A DNA stretch of 63,739 nucleotides, counting the filler, from Halocafeteria seosinensis (taxonomy: Eukaryota): the NCBI GenBank assembly GCA_001687465.1. It is 6 parts of 6 records of this genome, joined end to end, with 100 filler letters (N's around TTAATTAATTAA, not from the genome) between each part and the next. Parts side by side here need not be neighbours in the genome. Positions count along the whole stretch, not along the records: positions 49,250 to 57,372 come from LVLI01000153.1; positions 57,473 to 61,316 come from LVLI01000155.1; positions 61,417 to 63,739 come from LVLI01000171.1; 3 more parts are not named here. One strand, given 5' to 3'. A model generated the notes under the pieces. That model ran no database searches, was not told the origin of the DNA, and saw only the letters and a list, made by a program, of their open reading frames with translations. Of the stretch, positions 52,870 to 63,739 are shown piece after piece. Position 1 is the first letter of the stretch; each line of letters begins with the position of its first letter. The position numbers and the translations under genes were made by a program.

Positions 52870-53580
52870 ATGTCTTCGAAGGCCTACTTTGCCAGACCGA
52901 CGTCGCTTCCAAGGGCAACCCGGCACGCGGGAACTGGGGCTGTATGTCACAGGGTTGGGCCAGCTGGTACTAAACTCCAGTTAGGCCTCTCAAGCCAGTA
53001 CGTTGGGCCACACAAGACTAACAACGAAGACGAATACGAAGGCCTGCTGCTGGGATTGAAACTGGTCTTTGATGAGCTTGACGCATCCCCAAGTGAGCTA
53101 CCAGCCCCGGTGGACGTCCGCTTGGAATGCGACTCACAAACGATGGTGGATCACATGAATGGCGAAGCCAAGTGCCGCAAGGACAAGCTCATCCCGCTCT
53201 TCGAGACGGCACGGACTGAATGGTTCCACCTTAAGAACCTCCTAATGGTGAGGAGCGCAGAGATTAGGTTCATACGCAGGGCTTCAAACTCGGCTGCCGA
53301 CCGCTTGGCTATGACCGCGTCAAACAACCCAATGGGCAATGGCTCCTCTTGCTTAGACTGGCTACGCATACGGTAGATGATGTCGAGAGGTTTATCGACT
53401 TCCGGCTCCACGACAAGCGGATCCTCGTCCACTGGAAGAGCTCCCCAGAGGCAGCACGGACGTGGGAACCGGCTTCGTGGCTTCAGAAAGACCTGGGTAG
53501 CTGCACCTTCTTCGATCTCGAGCAGGAGATGTACTTTAATCTGGGCTATGATGACGAAAATGAGGTGGACGGAATTTCTG
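52870..53580 (+). pseudogene. Retroelement remnant: RNase HI domain followed by chromodomain, frameshifted
   Basis: TDVASKGNP (shifted frame), TNNEDEYEGLLLGL, CDSQ, NSAADRLA, then VERFID...ILVHWK......TWEP. Confidence 0.7.
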
Positions 53581-53787
53581 GGGAGCCCCCTCCCGCGTCA
53601 GGTGGAGGCTTGTCATTGGTCACAACTGTTGCGTCGGGATCAACACTTCATCCTGCCTGCGCTGCTGCAACCGGTCTTGGCGTTGGCAGGCTCAGGGTCT
53701 TCTCCTGCCAGACTGAGCCTTGTCGGTACCTCTGACATTGTGGGCGCAGGCATGGCTCCTCCCCCGATGCCTCCTGACGGCGCATGT

Positions 53788-54097
53788 CAGCACACACACA
53801 CAAATGTGACAGATAGCCCACCGGCCGGGAAGTTGACCACATCCTCTTAACGAGGTCGGCAAGGCTGCAGGAACAGCGGACCCGTCGCTGCTTAACACGG
53901 GCGCATACCGCTCCTCGTTAAGAGGATGTGGTCAACTTCCCGGCCGGTGGGCTATCTGTCACATTTGTGTGTGTGCTGGAGTGAGTGACCTCAACGCAGT
54001 GTGAATTTATTTGTGTGTGTGTATTTAAAGAGGATGTGGTCAACTTCCCGGCCGGTGGGCTATCTGTCACATTTGTGTGTGTGTATTTAAAGAAGTA
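53788..54097. repeat. Repeat family R: ~66-bp inverted pair (53788-53855 / 53913-53978) plus tandem copy
   Basis: The arms are reverse complements differing only in CA-repeat length. Confidence 0.9.
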
Positions 54098-55097
54098 CCG
54101 TCTGTTTCACGAAGTTCGTGTCTTTCTTGGCAAGTTGAACTTTTGCGGAGCCATGTTTCACAAAGAACGTGTAATTCCGTTGAAATGGTTCTTTTTACAG
54201 CTATTGGTGTACAAATAAGCGTATTGGCCCTAATTCTCATTTGATGCCGTCAAAAGTAGCCTTGGTATGAGGTACAGAGTGTATTGCATGTAACTCTGCG
54301 GCTTGATAACCGGCGGCCAGAGGCCCACGAGGATTCTTCGGGCTGTCCTTCTATTGAGCTGCAGATCCTCCTTGATGACGGCGTTGAAATCTCTGATAAA
54401 AGATAGGGAACTCTACATCTAGGTCGTTTCGCAACTCATCGTCTCTAGCACTTCTGCAGCTTGGAACGGCCGTGGGAAAGAATAAGGCTCTAGTCACTTC
54501 TCGTACTTTATCCTGAGTTCTCGTTTGGTGCGCTTTCCGAGGCAGATACTTTTGAATATCCATTACTTCAGTGTAAAAGGGAAGTTCTGCATACCTTCCG
54601 GGTTTTTTGGATGGATACGATGCGCTGCGCTAGCACTCTGGCAGTTCGTGACGTCCGCTAGTAGCACGTTTCTGCGTGGCATTTTGTTTGTTAACTTTCG
54701 CGGAACGGAGTCTAGTTAAGGTAATTGTTCTAATGTGTACGCGTTAGCTCTATAGATGAATGTATATGACAAGACTCGTGAGCGCCACCACAGCCACCAT
54801 GTGAAGTTCAGATTTGCGAACTTCACAAGAGGGCAAGTCACACGTGCGGAAAGCACAGGGGAAGCAAAGGGGACACAAAAATGACCACTGGTGGTTTGAG
54901 GAGGCCACAATTTGCCAACATATCCGCCAGTATCTCGACGATGAGACAACGTAATTAACTGAGCTTCAGGAATTCCGCTATTTCGACTACGCTCTATTTG
55001 ATGGTATGAACAGAAATCGTCTATCTTCGTTGTGTGAATGTTTCATATTGTTCGTGTACCGGTAATTAGAATAACACGAACTTCGTGAAACAGACTG
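54098..55097. mobile_element. 1.0-kb non-autonomous TIR element flanked by TA (Tc1/mariner-like)
   Basis: TA|CCGTCTGTTTCACGAAGTTCGTGT ... ACACGAACTTCGTGAAACAGACTG|TA: 24-bp TIRs with one mismatch. No intact transposase. Confidence 0.8.
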
Positions 55098-55562
55098 TAA
55101 ATCCGAGAAAACCACCTGTGACATCACCAACACCCTTTAAAAACTTATCGGATTGTCCTTGGGCATCCATTTCATCGTGCAACTGACCTAATAGTTTCTT
55201 GGCTTGTGCTTTACTAACTTTCTTTCCTCTGTTTGTTTTGCCTGCCATTCCTTTATTCTATAATAGATGCTTTTAAAAAACCATCTAAAAAACTTCAAAA
55301 CTCTTTCCTAAAGCAATGCTTGTGAATTCTTTTTGACGCTACTTTTTCTTTTTAAGAAAAAGAGCAGCACTGGAGTTTAGAATATGACTTTCCAATTCTT
55401 GATAGTTCTTCAATTCTTTGAGATTTGGATTCGCAATAATTTGATTTAATTCAGTAACTAATTGACCTATTTTATTTGACCAGAAACCGTACGATGTCCA
55501 GAGCCATTTCTTAAATCCTTCCAAATTTGTCAAGAACTTCTTATTTGTTTTCTTAATCTTAG
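55098..55562 (-). pseudogene. Endogenous fragment of a second virophage (3' end of NTase-like gene + 5' end of Gly-rich core gene)
   Basis: KKVSKAQAKKLLGQL matches KMSKAEAKKLLGQV (14382 gene). NKKFLTNLEGFKKWLW matches NMRFQTDLAGFKEMLW (14414 gene). Same order and strand, TATAG leader, AT-rich island. Confidence 0.85.
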
Positions 55563-57472
55563 GCCGATGCTTACGGTTCAACAAAAACGAAAACGAAACT
55601 GGATTTTTTTTTTTGTTTTTTGTTGAAACAGGCTTCACTACGTCTTACGGTTCAGCAACTTTTCAAATTAGTTGAAGTAGTTCCGTTTGGAATTCCAATT
55701 GGAGTATACGGTATCTTTGTCGACATAGAGCACTGTACAACCATACAGTCAAAGGAGCGCTGCTCAACAACATAATATCACGAAGGTATAATGCACTGAG
55801 AGAATATGGGAAACACTAGTAGCCGTTTGCCTTCGAGCAGAAGTGACGAGAGGCCGACTTCCATCTGTCAGTGTGACAACAAACGTATAAATGGGGAAAA
55901 AAGCTTGTTCAGCATTCGATATTTGTTTCCAAAAGAAGCAGGTCGCCATCTCGATAACTACCCGCAGATTGCAGTAGTTGATTTGCGACGACAGCGCCAT
56001 CAATTTTGCCCTTAACATTCCTCACAATCATGGCAGCCAAAACCACCTCACTCATTACCAAACCATACTACTTTGTTTGGCCATTCGTCAATTTATCTAC
56101 ATTACACTCGTTAATTGTGAGAGCCGACAGTGTCCTGCTTGTTTTCAACAGCGTGTGACACGAGGTCCTCCGTTGGGTAGCACCGTATATATAGTGTCCC
56201 CTGACTTTCGCTGTTTTTGAAGGTAGCTGCAGCACGACGCACACATTCACGAGATCTGAGAGCTTATCTTGAGTCTTTACTGACGCAATTCAATACACTT
56301 GGCTTTCAACCTGATGCTGTTGGAGACGACGATGTGGAGCACGGAGACTTCTTCTCACGGTCCAGATCCTCTCCTGCACGAAACTCATCGCCAGCAACTT
56401 TCGATTCAGAAATCTCTGGGTAGGCTGATGAGAGAGATGATCCAAGAAACTGGGAACAGTCGTAGTATCCTGAGGATTCCTGACCCTCCTTTTGGCGTTC
56501 AGAGTTTGACGAAGCTGATCGAGCGTTTCTTCAGCATCGGAAACAGCCTTTCATGTACGATGATTTTCATCTTTTGCACCGAATTGCTCCGCCATCTTGA
56601 AGAGATGGTCGACTTGACTCTGCTGCGCGTCGATCTGAGTTTGCAGAATGAGCATATCTTGCTGTTCCTGACGGGCTCGACTTCGGCTCTTCGCTGTGCC
56701 AGGTCGGCTGCGCAAAAGCGAGCCTGAACGGAGCCTCCAAGTTGGAACTCTTGTGCTTCGTGCCCATGGTTTTCCTTTTTACGCAAAGCTGCGTCGCTTG
56801 TTCGGGATTGCGTCTTCCGGTAGGAGCAACACTAATACCCACTCCCTGTGAGGACTGTAGCGACCGAGCGAGAATAATCGGCAGGACACTGGACCCCACA
56901 ATTTAAAAGATAAGCAACCATTGAAACTCCAATTGCCTGGACATGATTCCTGAGTACTAGTATTGCCCACATCAGCACGCATTTTCTTCAAAATGTAGTC
57001 ATCGAAGTCCTCTATTGGGCAAGGTCCTGTCCGCGTTTAAGAAAGCTGATGCATGCGCAAGTGCTTTCTTGCAACCGAGGGCATCCGTTGCCTTTGTATG
57101 TAGATTTCGTCCATCAATTCTCGCTGTACCATTGACAGTAGATCGGAGCAAAGTACAAGTCTGGTGATGACACTCTTCCTACGATGACCAGAACGTGGGC
57201 ATGTTAGGCTTGTCTTTTAGGACGGCAGTTCGTCCATTGTTACCACCTTCGTTCCCAGATTGGTTGTTAGTGATGCTCTCAAAATCGCACAATCCTTTCG
57301 ATACACATGCACGGACACAGATGTGACGGATATGTCCCAACAGACAAAGTGCTAGCCGCTGTTCGCTGCAGCNNNNNNNNNNNNNNNNNNNNNNNNNNNN
57401 NNNNNNNNNNNNNNNNTTAATTAATTAANNNNNNNNNNNNNNNNNNNNNNNNNNNNNNNNNNNNNNNNNNNN

Positions 57473-58154
57473 GCAGCTGAAGGATTCAATCTCGTTAGGT
57501 ATGTAGACCCGTCTATATTGTAGAGGACGATATTCGGTCCGGTCTCGATCCCATCGTTACTGTTTGCCCTCCAGTAAAGAACACCACTTATTGTATAGGA
57601 GATTTGTGTGCTTCTCTTCGAGTGCGCACGAACTCTTCCTCCGCAAAGCCGGATCCTCAATAAATACTGTCCAAATTGACGGCACCAAGATGGGGCCATA
57701 TTCGCATTTTCCCATCCTCGGAGTACCGAAGGAGCACAACAGAGGTGAGTGCTTCCTTCGACTGTTACTTTGCGATGTGCGGCAGCTTTCAGGACTCCAT
57801 ATGTTTACTTGCCCAGGAATCGTCATTTCACACCTACTTGTCCAAGGCGAAGGACGGAGGAAAGAAGCGCTGAATGAGTACNGGAAAATATTCTACGAAA
57901 ACTTCCTTCCGGAAAAAAGAATGGAGCGCCATATCAAGGTATGTGCGGTTTCTAAGAGAGCTCATTATCTAGACTGCCCACCCTCGACAGCTGCACTGAC
58001 TGCAGAAACTCGTCAGTGACTTTGATAAGGCCCAGATATACTCATTTCTGAAAGTCACGATAGGGAAAAAAGTAGATTTCTTAAAACGGCAAATTCGGGA
58101 CGGATTCATTCAAGACACGGATATCAGAGCGAGCATAGAGCACGTAAGTACTGA
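57473..58154. repeat. ~680-bp inverted duplicate of 59757-60438
   Basis: Near-identical translations (MPSSKEHHLLYRRFVCFSS...) on opposite strands, with scattered substitutions. Confidence 0.92.
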
Positions 58155-60600
58155 GGAACATCGTGGATCGCTGTTTCGGACTCACTTGATCCCAAGCTCA
58201 GGAGCGTGGGATCGAACTCCCTTACCAGTTTTTGATGCTTGCAGTCATTCCCCTTATAGCTATCGGGGCAGTTGCATTTGAGTGTGTCCACAGGAGTCAC
58301 TATCACTGTGTAAAAGCAGTCTTCTTCAATCCACCGAATGTCTTGCCACCATCGTGGCTCAGGCAGCACCTGTTGGAATCGAAGATTGTGGTTTTGCGAA
58401 GTCGCAGAGTAGACATGAGCTGACTAACCTTATATGTGCGGTGAGCCATTTGCTGGATTGCTGGGGTACAGAAACATCCATTATGGAAAGCTGGTTTTCG
58501 CAACGCCCAGTCATGAAGAAGTGGGCTTTTTCTTCCCTATTGATTACTGTTGGTTCACGACGACGCAAACCTCCTGTTTGGACATCAAGTTAGCGTTGAA
58601 TATGAAGAGTGAATTAGCCATAGCAATCCTACCTTCCCAGAACCTGTTGATTGGTTCGTAACCAAGCACTTAGTGGGTATGACGGATGTCCATTCAGATA
58701 AAAGACCAGTTCTGTCGTGCTCTTGGTGTTTTCCCAGTGCGATTTAGTGGTCCGGTTCATTCTGGAGCAAACAAGGGGAATGATAAAAGTTGGGAAGAAA
58801 TGTATCGATATTGCCAGTTTCATACCGCTCAATCTGAGTCGTTGTCTTCAGATGGGTGTCAATCACTGAAGATGAAAGCACCCAGAGCGCTGCATCCAAC
58901 TCGAATATGAGATGTTTGGGAAGCGATTAGGTACGTACGTCGCATATCTTCCCCGAAATAGTTGTTTTGCAAATACTGTATCATTTCATGTCCGGTGGGA
59001 AATACCCTCAGGCCATCGCAGATATGCTGCTCCTTCTCTGCCGCAACAGTCGTGGAGCGACTACTGCTCATGCACAATAGAGCTCTCTCTCTCCAGTGCT
59101 CTGCCTCATTGGTTCAGGGACTGTAAGTTGATTAGCCCAAATCATCGTGTGACCACGCTTACTTGTAATCCGGGAACTGCAGATCAGAATCGTCTCCATT
59201 TTCCTGCTCATCTGGCTGATTTCCGTGTCCACCTTCTGGCTGGTGAACTGCCTCCTCTTTTCAATCTGTTTCGACGTGGTTGCTTTCGTCCGAGGCATCG
59301 CCATCGTTCGCATTCACCTCTTCGCTGTCGGATATTTCCGAGCAATCGGAATCCCTATCATCCTCCTCGTTCTCGGCGTGCTCTCCTGCCTGCTCAGCGC
59401 CATCGTCTTGGGGTTGGCCCTGTTCCCGCAAGAGCTGCTTCATTCCCCTATTGAACAGTGGACGCATATAGGAGTTCCATCTGCAATGCGCAACTCAAAA
59501 TAGTGTTCACGGCTTGGATGAGTGTATTGCGCCGTTGCATACGCCTTCTTTGACAGAGCTGAACATCGATCTGTAAAACATCTTTCAGTAGTTTTGTCTC
59601 GTCACGTCGCGCATGGCGAAATGTGAGCGTTTGAATTTCGTCCATTTCGTCTTTCACGGTGATCCAGGTCGTTGAATCGGACTCATAAGGGGCATGCATT
59701 TGTGACAGCTGCTGTGGTCGTACATTGGCAGACGGAGGAGGGAAACACCACTGAATTCAGTACTTACGTCCTCTATGCTCGCTCGGATATCCGTGTCTCG
59801 AATGAATCCGTCCCGAATTTGCCGTTTTAAGAAATCTACTTTTTTCCCTATCGTGACTTTCAGAAATGAGTATATCTGGGCCTTATCAAAGTCACTGACG
59901 AGTTTCTGCAGTGAGTGCAACTGTCGAGCGTGGGCAGTCTAGATAATGAGCTCGCTTAGAAATCGCACATACTTTGATATGGCGCTCCATTCTGTTGTCC
60001 GGAAAGAAGTTTTGGTAGAATATTTTTCAGTACTCATTCAGCGCTTCTTTCCTCCGTCCTTCGTCTTGGACAAGTAGGTGTGAAATGACAATTCCTGGGC
60101 AAGTAAACATATGGAGTCCTGAAAGCGGCCGCACCCCGCAAAGTAACAGTCGAAGGAAGCACTCACCTCTGTTGTGCTCCTTCGGTACTCCGAGGATGGG
60201 AAAATACGAATATGGACCCATCTTGGTGCCGTCAATTTGGACAGTATTTATTGAGGATCCGGGTCTGCGGAGGAAGAGTTCGTGCGCACGCGAAGAGAAG
60301 CACACAAATCTCCTATACAATAAGTGGTGTTCTTTACTGGAGGGCAAACCATAACGATGGGATCGGGACCGGACCGAATATCGTGCTCTACAATATAGAC
60401 CGGTCTACATACCTAACGAGGTTGAATCCTTCAGCTGCCTCATAGGCGACTTGCAGCTCGTCCAATGTGCTCGCCACCACAGAGGGCGCAAATCGCGTGC
60501 GCTTCTTTCCCGTGATGTAGAAAGACGAGCGCCTGTTGCAAAGATGAAGAAACGCACGTGCATGTAGACCGGTTGACTCTGCTTGTAACATACCGAATGT
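58124..60600 (-). mobile_element. Degenerate MULE/Mutator-like transposase gene with SWIM finger
   Basis: SWIM motif YTV.......CNCPDSYKGNDCKH; upstream IDGSTY, LVSDFDKAQ and TGRCENQ are compatible with a DDE core. Interrupted by introns and stops. Confidence 0.55.
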
Positions 60601-60947
60601 TGGCTACTTCGTCGCTCGTGGGAACTTCCCTGGATTCTCCATTGACTTGGGGAAGTAACGCCCCTGGTTAAGTACCGGAGGTACGTAATACTAGCTAAGT
60701 ACTGAGAATCTTAGCATTTGCGTCGGTTTCAGTACCGTGTAGTTTCATTGAGTGCGGATCCGCCGCTACGGCTTGATTAGACGGACACCAGTTCGGAAGG
60801 AGATATAAGGTGCGCATCCGTTCCATGTTCGCTATCGTATTCAATACAATCGCTGTACTTGAAAGCTATGTGATCGCCCTGCAAAAGCATGACCACAATT
60901 CCAATATACAGTTTCTTTCATCGGAGGAAACAGAATCGCGAAAGATA

Positions 60948-61316
60948 TCGATTACTACTACCACACCATGTCCCCGTACAAGCATTTTATGTTGCTCAGT
61001 TAAGATCAGTGAGTGTGTATTAACCCTAATATGAGATGTTTTGATGTAGGAAAGTATTTCGAGTTCCCCAGGGATTCCACCGATGCCGCTACAGTCCGCT
61101 TGAGCGACAGAAGCGCCAAACGTTTCGATTACTTCTACCACATCATGTCCCCGTACAAGCATTTTATGTTGCTCAGTTAAGATCAGTGAGTGTGTATTAA
61201 CCCTAATATGAGATGTTTTGATGTAGGAAAGTATTTCGAGTTCCCCAGGGATTCCACCGATGCCGCTACAGTCCGCTTGAGCGACAGAAGCGCCAAACGT
61301 TTCGATTACTTCCACC
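60948..61316. repeat. 177-bp tandem repeat (at least 2 units, runs into gap), weakly ankyrin-like on the minus strand
   Basis: TCGATTACT... recurs at 60948, 61125 and 61302; translation GHDVVEVIETFGASV. Confidence 0.85.
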
Positions 61317-61416
61317 NNNNNNNNNNNNNNNNNNNNNNNNNNNNNNNNNNNNNNNNNNNNTTAATTAATTAANNNNNNNNNNNNNNNNNNNNNNNNNNNN
61401 NNNNNNNNNNNNNNNN

Positions 61417-62830
61417 CCGTGTGATCGGCATGTCCAGGGTCGAGAGTTCATCTGGAACGTAACATCCCGTTCTGATGACTCTTTCACAGTACTGGTGTGC
61501 GTTCGACAGTGCAGGCACATTCTGCTGTAACCGTGTCACATGGCACTTGCACTCCGCAAAAGTCATCGTTTCGAACTGATGCTCCGACACATCGACAAGT
61601 GCTTCTTTTGGACCAGGACGGCGTCGGTATAACTGCTTTAGGTGCGCCAGGAGGAAGGTATTATCCGCCCTTTGCCGCCATCCTTGAGTTGTAGTACAGA
61701 TAGTCTCGTCGGTGCAACGATACATATAGTGGTACCAGACAGTGTCGTAGGTCGGGTTGTGTAGTGTCTCTCGACAGGCTACACATGATGGGCTTTGTCC
61801 GTACACATCAGGTCGATCAATCATCTCCTGAACCGCAAGAGGAAGCAGGCCAGCTCGGATACGGACGCCGAGAGTATTGAGCTCCAGCTGGTCCGACGTA
61901 TCCAATGGCAGAGTGGGGGAGCTGCAGTTTTGCCCAAATGTGACAGCTGCTATCCGCTGTTGCCAACGCTTCCCGTCAAACCGCATCAAGCAGCACGATG
62001 GGTCTGGGAGGGGTAAGTGCAGGAGTGCCCTGCGTCCTTGGGAATGCGCTAGAGGAGGAAGCCGGTATGATGGCGCGTAAGGCACGACATTGAAACGTTG
62101 TTCTCCAGGGGGGGAGCGGAAGATCTAAATAGCGCCCCTCAATGGGTGCCCGGCGACGTGCCGCGTCAGCTAAGGCATCGGCGGCAATGTTGCCGAGAGT
62201 ATGTGGGTCCGTGGTGTCTTCATCTTGATGAGCACGGATCCACTTGACTGAATGAACTCGTCCAAGCTTCAGCAACTTCTGCAGCAGTGTGCCAAGATGT
62301 CCATCATATTCTGGAAGTCGTTTCCATTTCGCCGAGTCTTGTAGTACTTCACAGAGTGCCCGGTTGTCGATATACAGTTGGCACCGAGTTCCTTGAGGGT
62401 AGAAGCGGCAGAACGCCAAAAGCCCGAGGCTAGCTGCTGCAACCTCGGATCGAATACTTCCCAGAGTCTTGCCGATCATATTGATATCTAAAGGCGGGAG
62501 TGTATACCCAAAACATTGAGTATCGGGATGGGCCTTCCAATTCACTCCAAGAGCCTGCTGTGACATGATCACAGCACCTGCTCCCTCGATTGTATAATGG
62601 GACCACCTACTGAAAGAGCCGTCACAAAATATCAGGGTTTCGGCCACTGTTTCCAGGTCTTCCTGATTTACTAGGGGCATCGACGTCAGCGTATGAAAGG
62701 CTTGTAGGCATGGCCACGAGTACGCCCGCAATCGTCGGATACACTCCGTCAGTAGTAAACAGCAGTCTCGTTTGAACCTGTGCTGTGGCAGGTGTAGACG
62801 TAGCTCCCCTGTAAGACCGTTGTAGGACAC
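61417..62830 (-). mobile_element. 3' part of a non-LTR retrotransposon ORF (RNase H + CCHC finger), frameshifted
   Basis: IFCDGS, RSEVAA, YIDN, KWIRAH, GNIAADALA, then CVAC...YHYMYRC in the next frame. Confidence 0.75.
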
Positions 62831-62869
62831 CTAAGCCCGTTACTAAACCGGTCTTCACAGAGGGGAGTT

Positions 62870-62967
62870 TGGTAGTCCATGCCGGATTTTGGTAGTCCAT
62901 GCCGTTCCCGCGCCCCCTTTGGCTCCCCCCAGTGGTAGTCCATGCCGGATTTTGGTAGTCCATGCCG
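62870..62967. repeat. Four copies of TGGTAGTCCATGCCG arranged as two pairs
   Basis: Copies at 62870, 62890, 62933 and 62953. Confidence 0.85.
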
Positions 62968-63739
62968 CGCATTTTCGAATTAGCTACACAGACAAAATAC
63001 AGGCCTTTCCAGCATATATACGTGTAGAGCGAACAACCAGCTGTCTGTAGATATGCTAAGATCTCGAAGACGTTGTTTGTGTGCTGAGAAAGGAGGCCAG
63101 ACATTTCGAGCTTCGGTGAGCCTGGCTGGGTCNTCGCAACCCTGTAGTACAGACGCTCTGTGTGTATGTATACAGTATTATAGAGCTACAAAAAAGATGT
63201 ATATAGGATAANNATNATACTGGCTACGTATATGGAGCTNATGTGTGTTCAATAGCTATATGTACGAGCAAATAGACGCCCTTCGCAGAGGACGTGTTCC
63301 GACTTCGGCATTGGCGAGGTTCGTGTGTATTGTATCCGGCATTTGCACGATGCGGGATGCATGCAGGTTTCTGGACTAACAGCACTACGTGTTGTTAGCA
63401 GGGCGTACCGCCTATGATGGGCCGCGGTACGCTGAAAGAGAAAGCAGACTGACTTGCCTTCAACTATCCATGAAGGGGACAGTGCTGCTGAAGATCTAAG
63501 TAGGCTATGAATCTGGCGCATAGAGAGCAACTACACGCCTTCAAGGCTAAAACGACGCAAAAAGAAATGCGCTTTTGTTGCGAAGTGAAAAGGCAAACTA
63601 CTCATCTGGTAAGCTGTCGGTTATCGAAACGGTTTTCCGTTGATTGGCGGCGATAGCCCGTCGATTTTGGGCTAAGACGTGCTTGTATACTTTCTTCTGG
63701 GCAGGAGTGAGTTCGATGAAGGCTTTGACAGTTTGTGGC

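Overview
The window is a pseudo-scaffold of six eukaryotic contigs joined by an artificial N-TTAATTAATTAA-N linker (gaps at 3031-3130, 31203-31302, 49150-49249, 57373-57472, 61317-61416), so adjacency across gaps is not evidence. Contig 3131-31202 is a ~28 kb, intron-less, gene-dense virophage genome. It carries the four virophage core genes (major capsid, penton, packaging ATPase, cysteine protease), both a tyrosine recombinase and an rve/chromodomain integrase, two GIY-YIG nucleases, a lipase, beta-helix and triple-LamG fibre genes, and an unusual 1173-aa replication protein that appears to fuse an AEP primase, a TVpol (PolA-like) domain and an SF3 helicase. That gene lies just downstream of a ~310-bp palindrome with 9-mer repeats, a candidate origin. 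A TATAG motif precedes most viral start codons. The other contigs look like intron-containing protist DNA (PRP38B, F-box/LRR, ankyrin, Ric8-like, transposon remnants). Two host-side observations stand out: a ~460-bp fragment of a second, divergent virophage embedded in host sequence (55098-55562), and a SAMD9-like gene whose central ~0.9 kb appears to be inverted in frame (about 43382-44272). All family assignments come from motif recognition by eye; no database searches were run.
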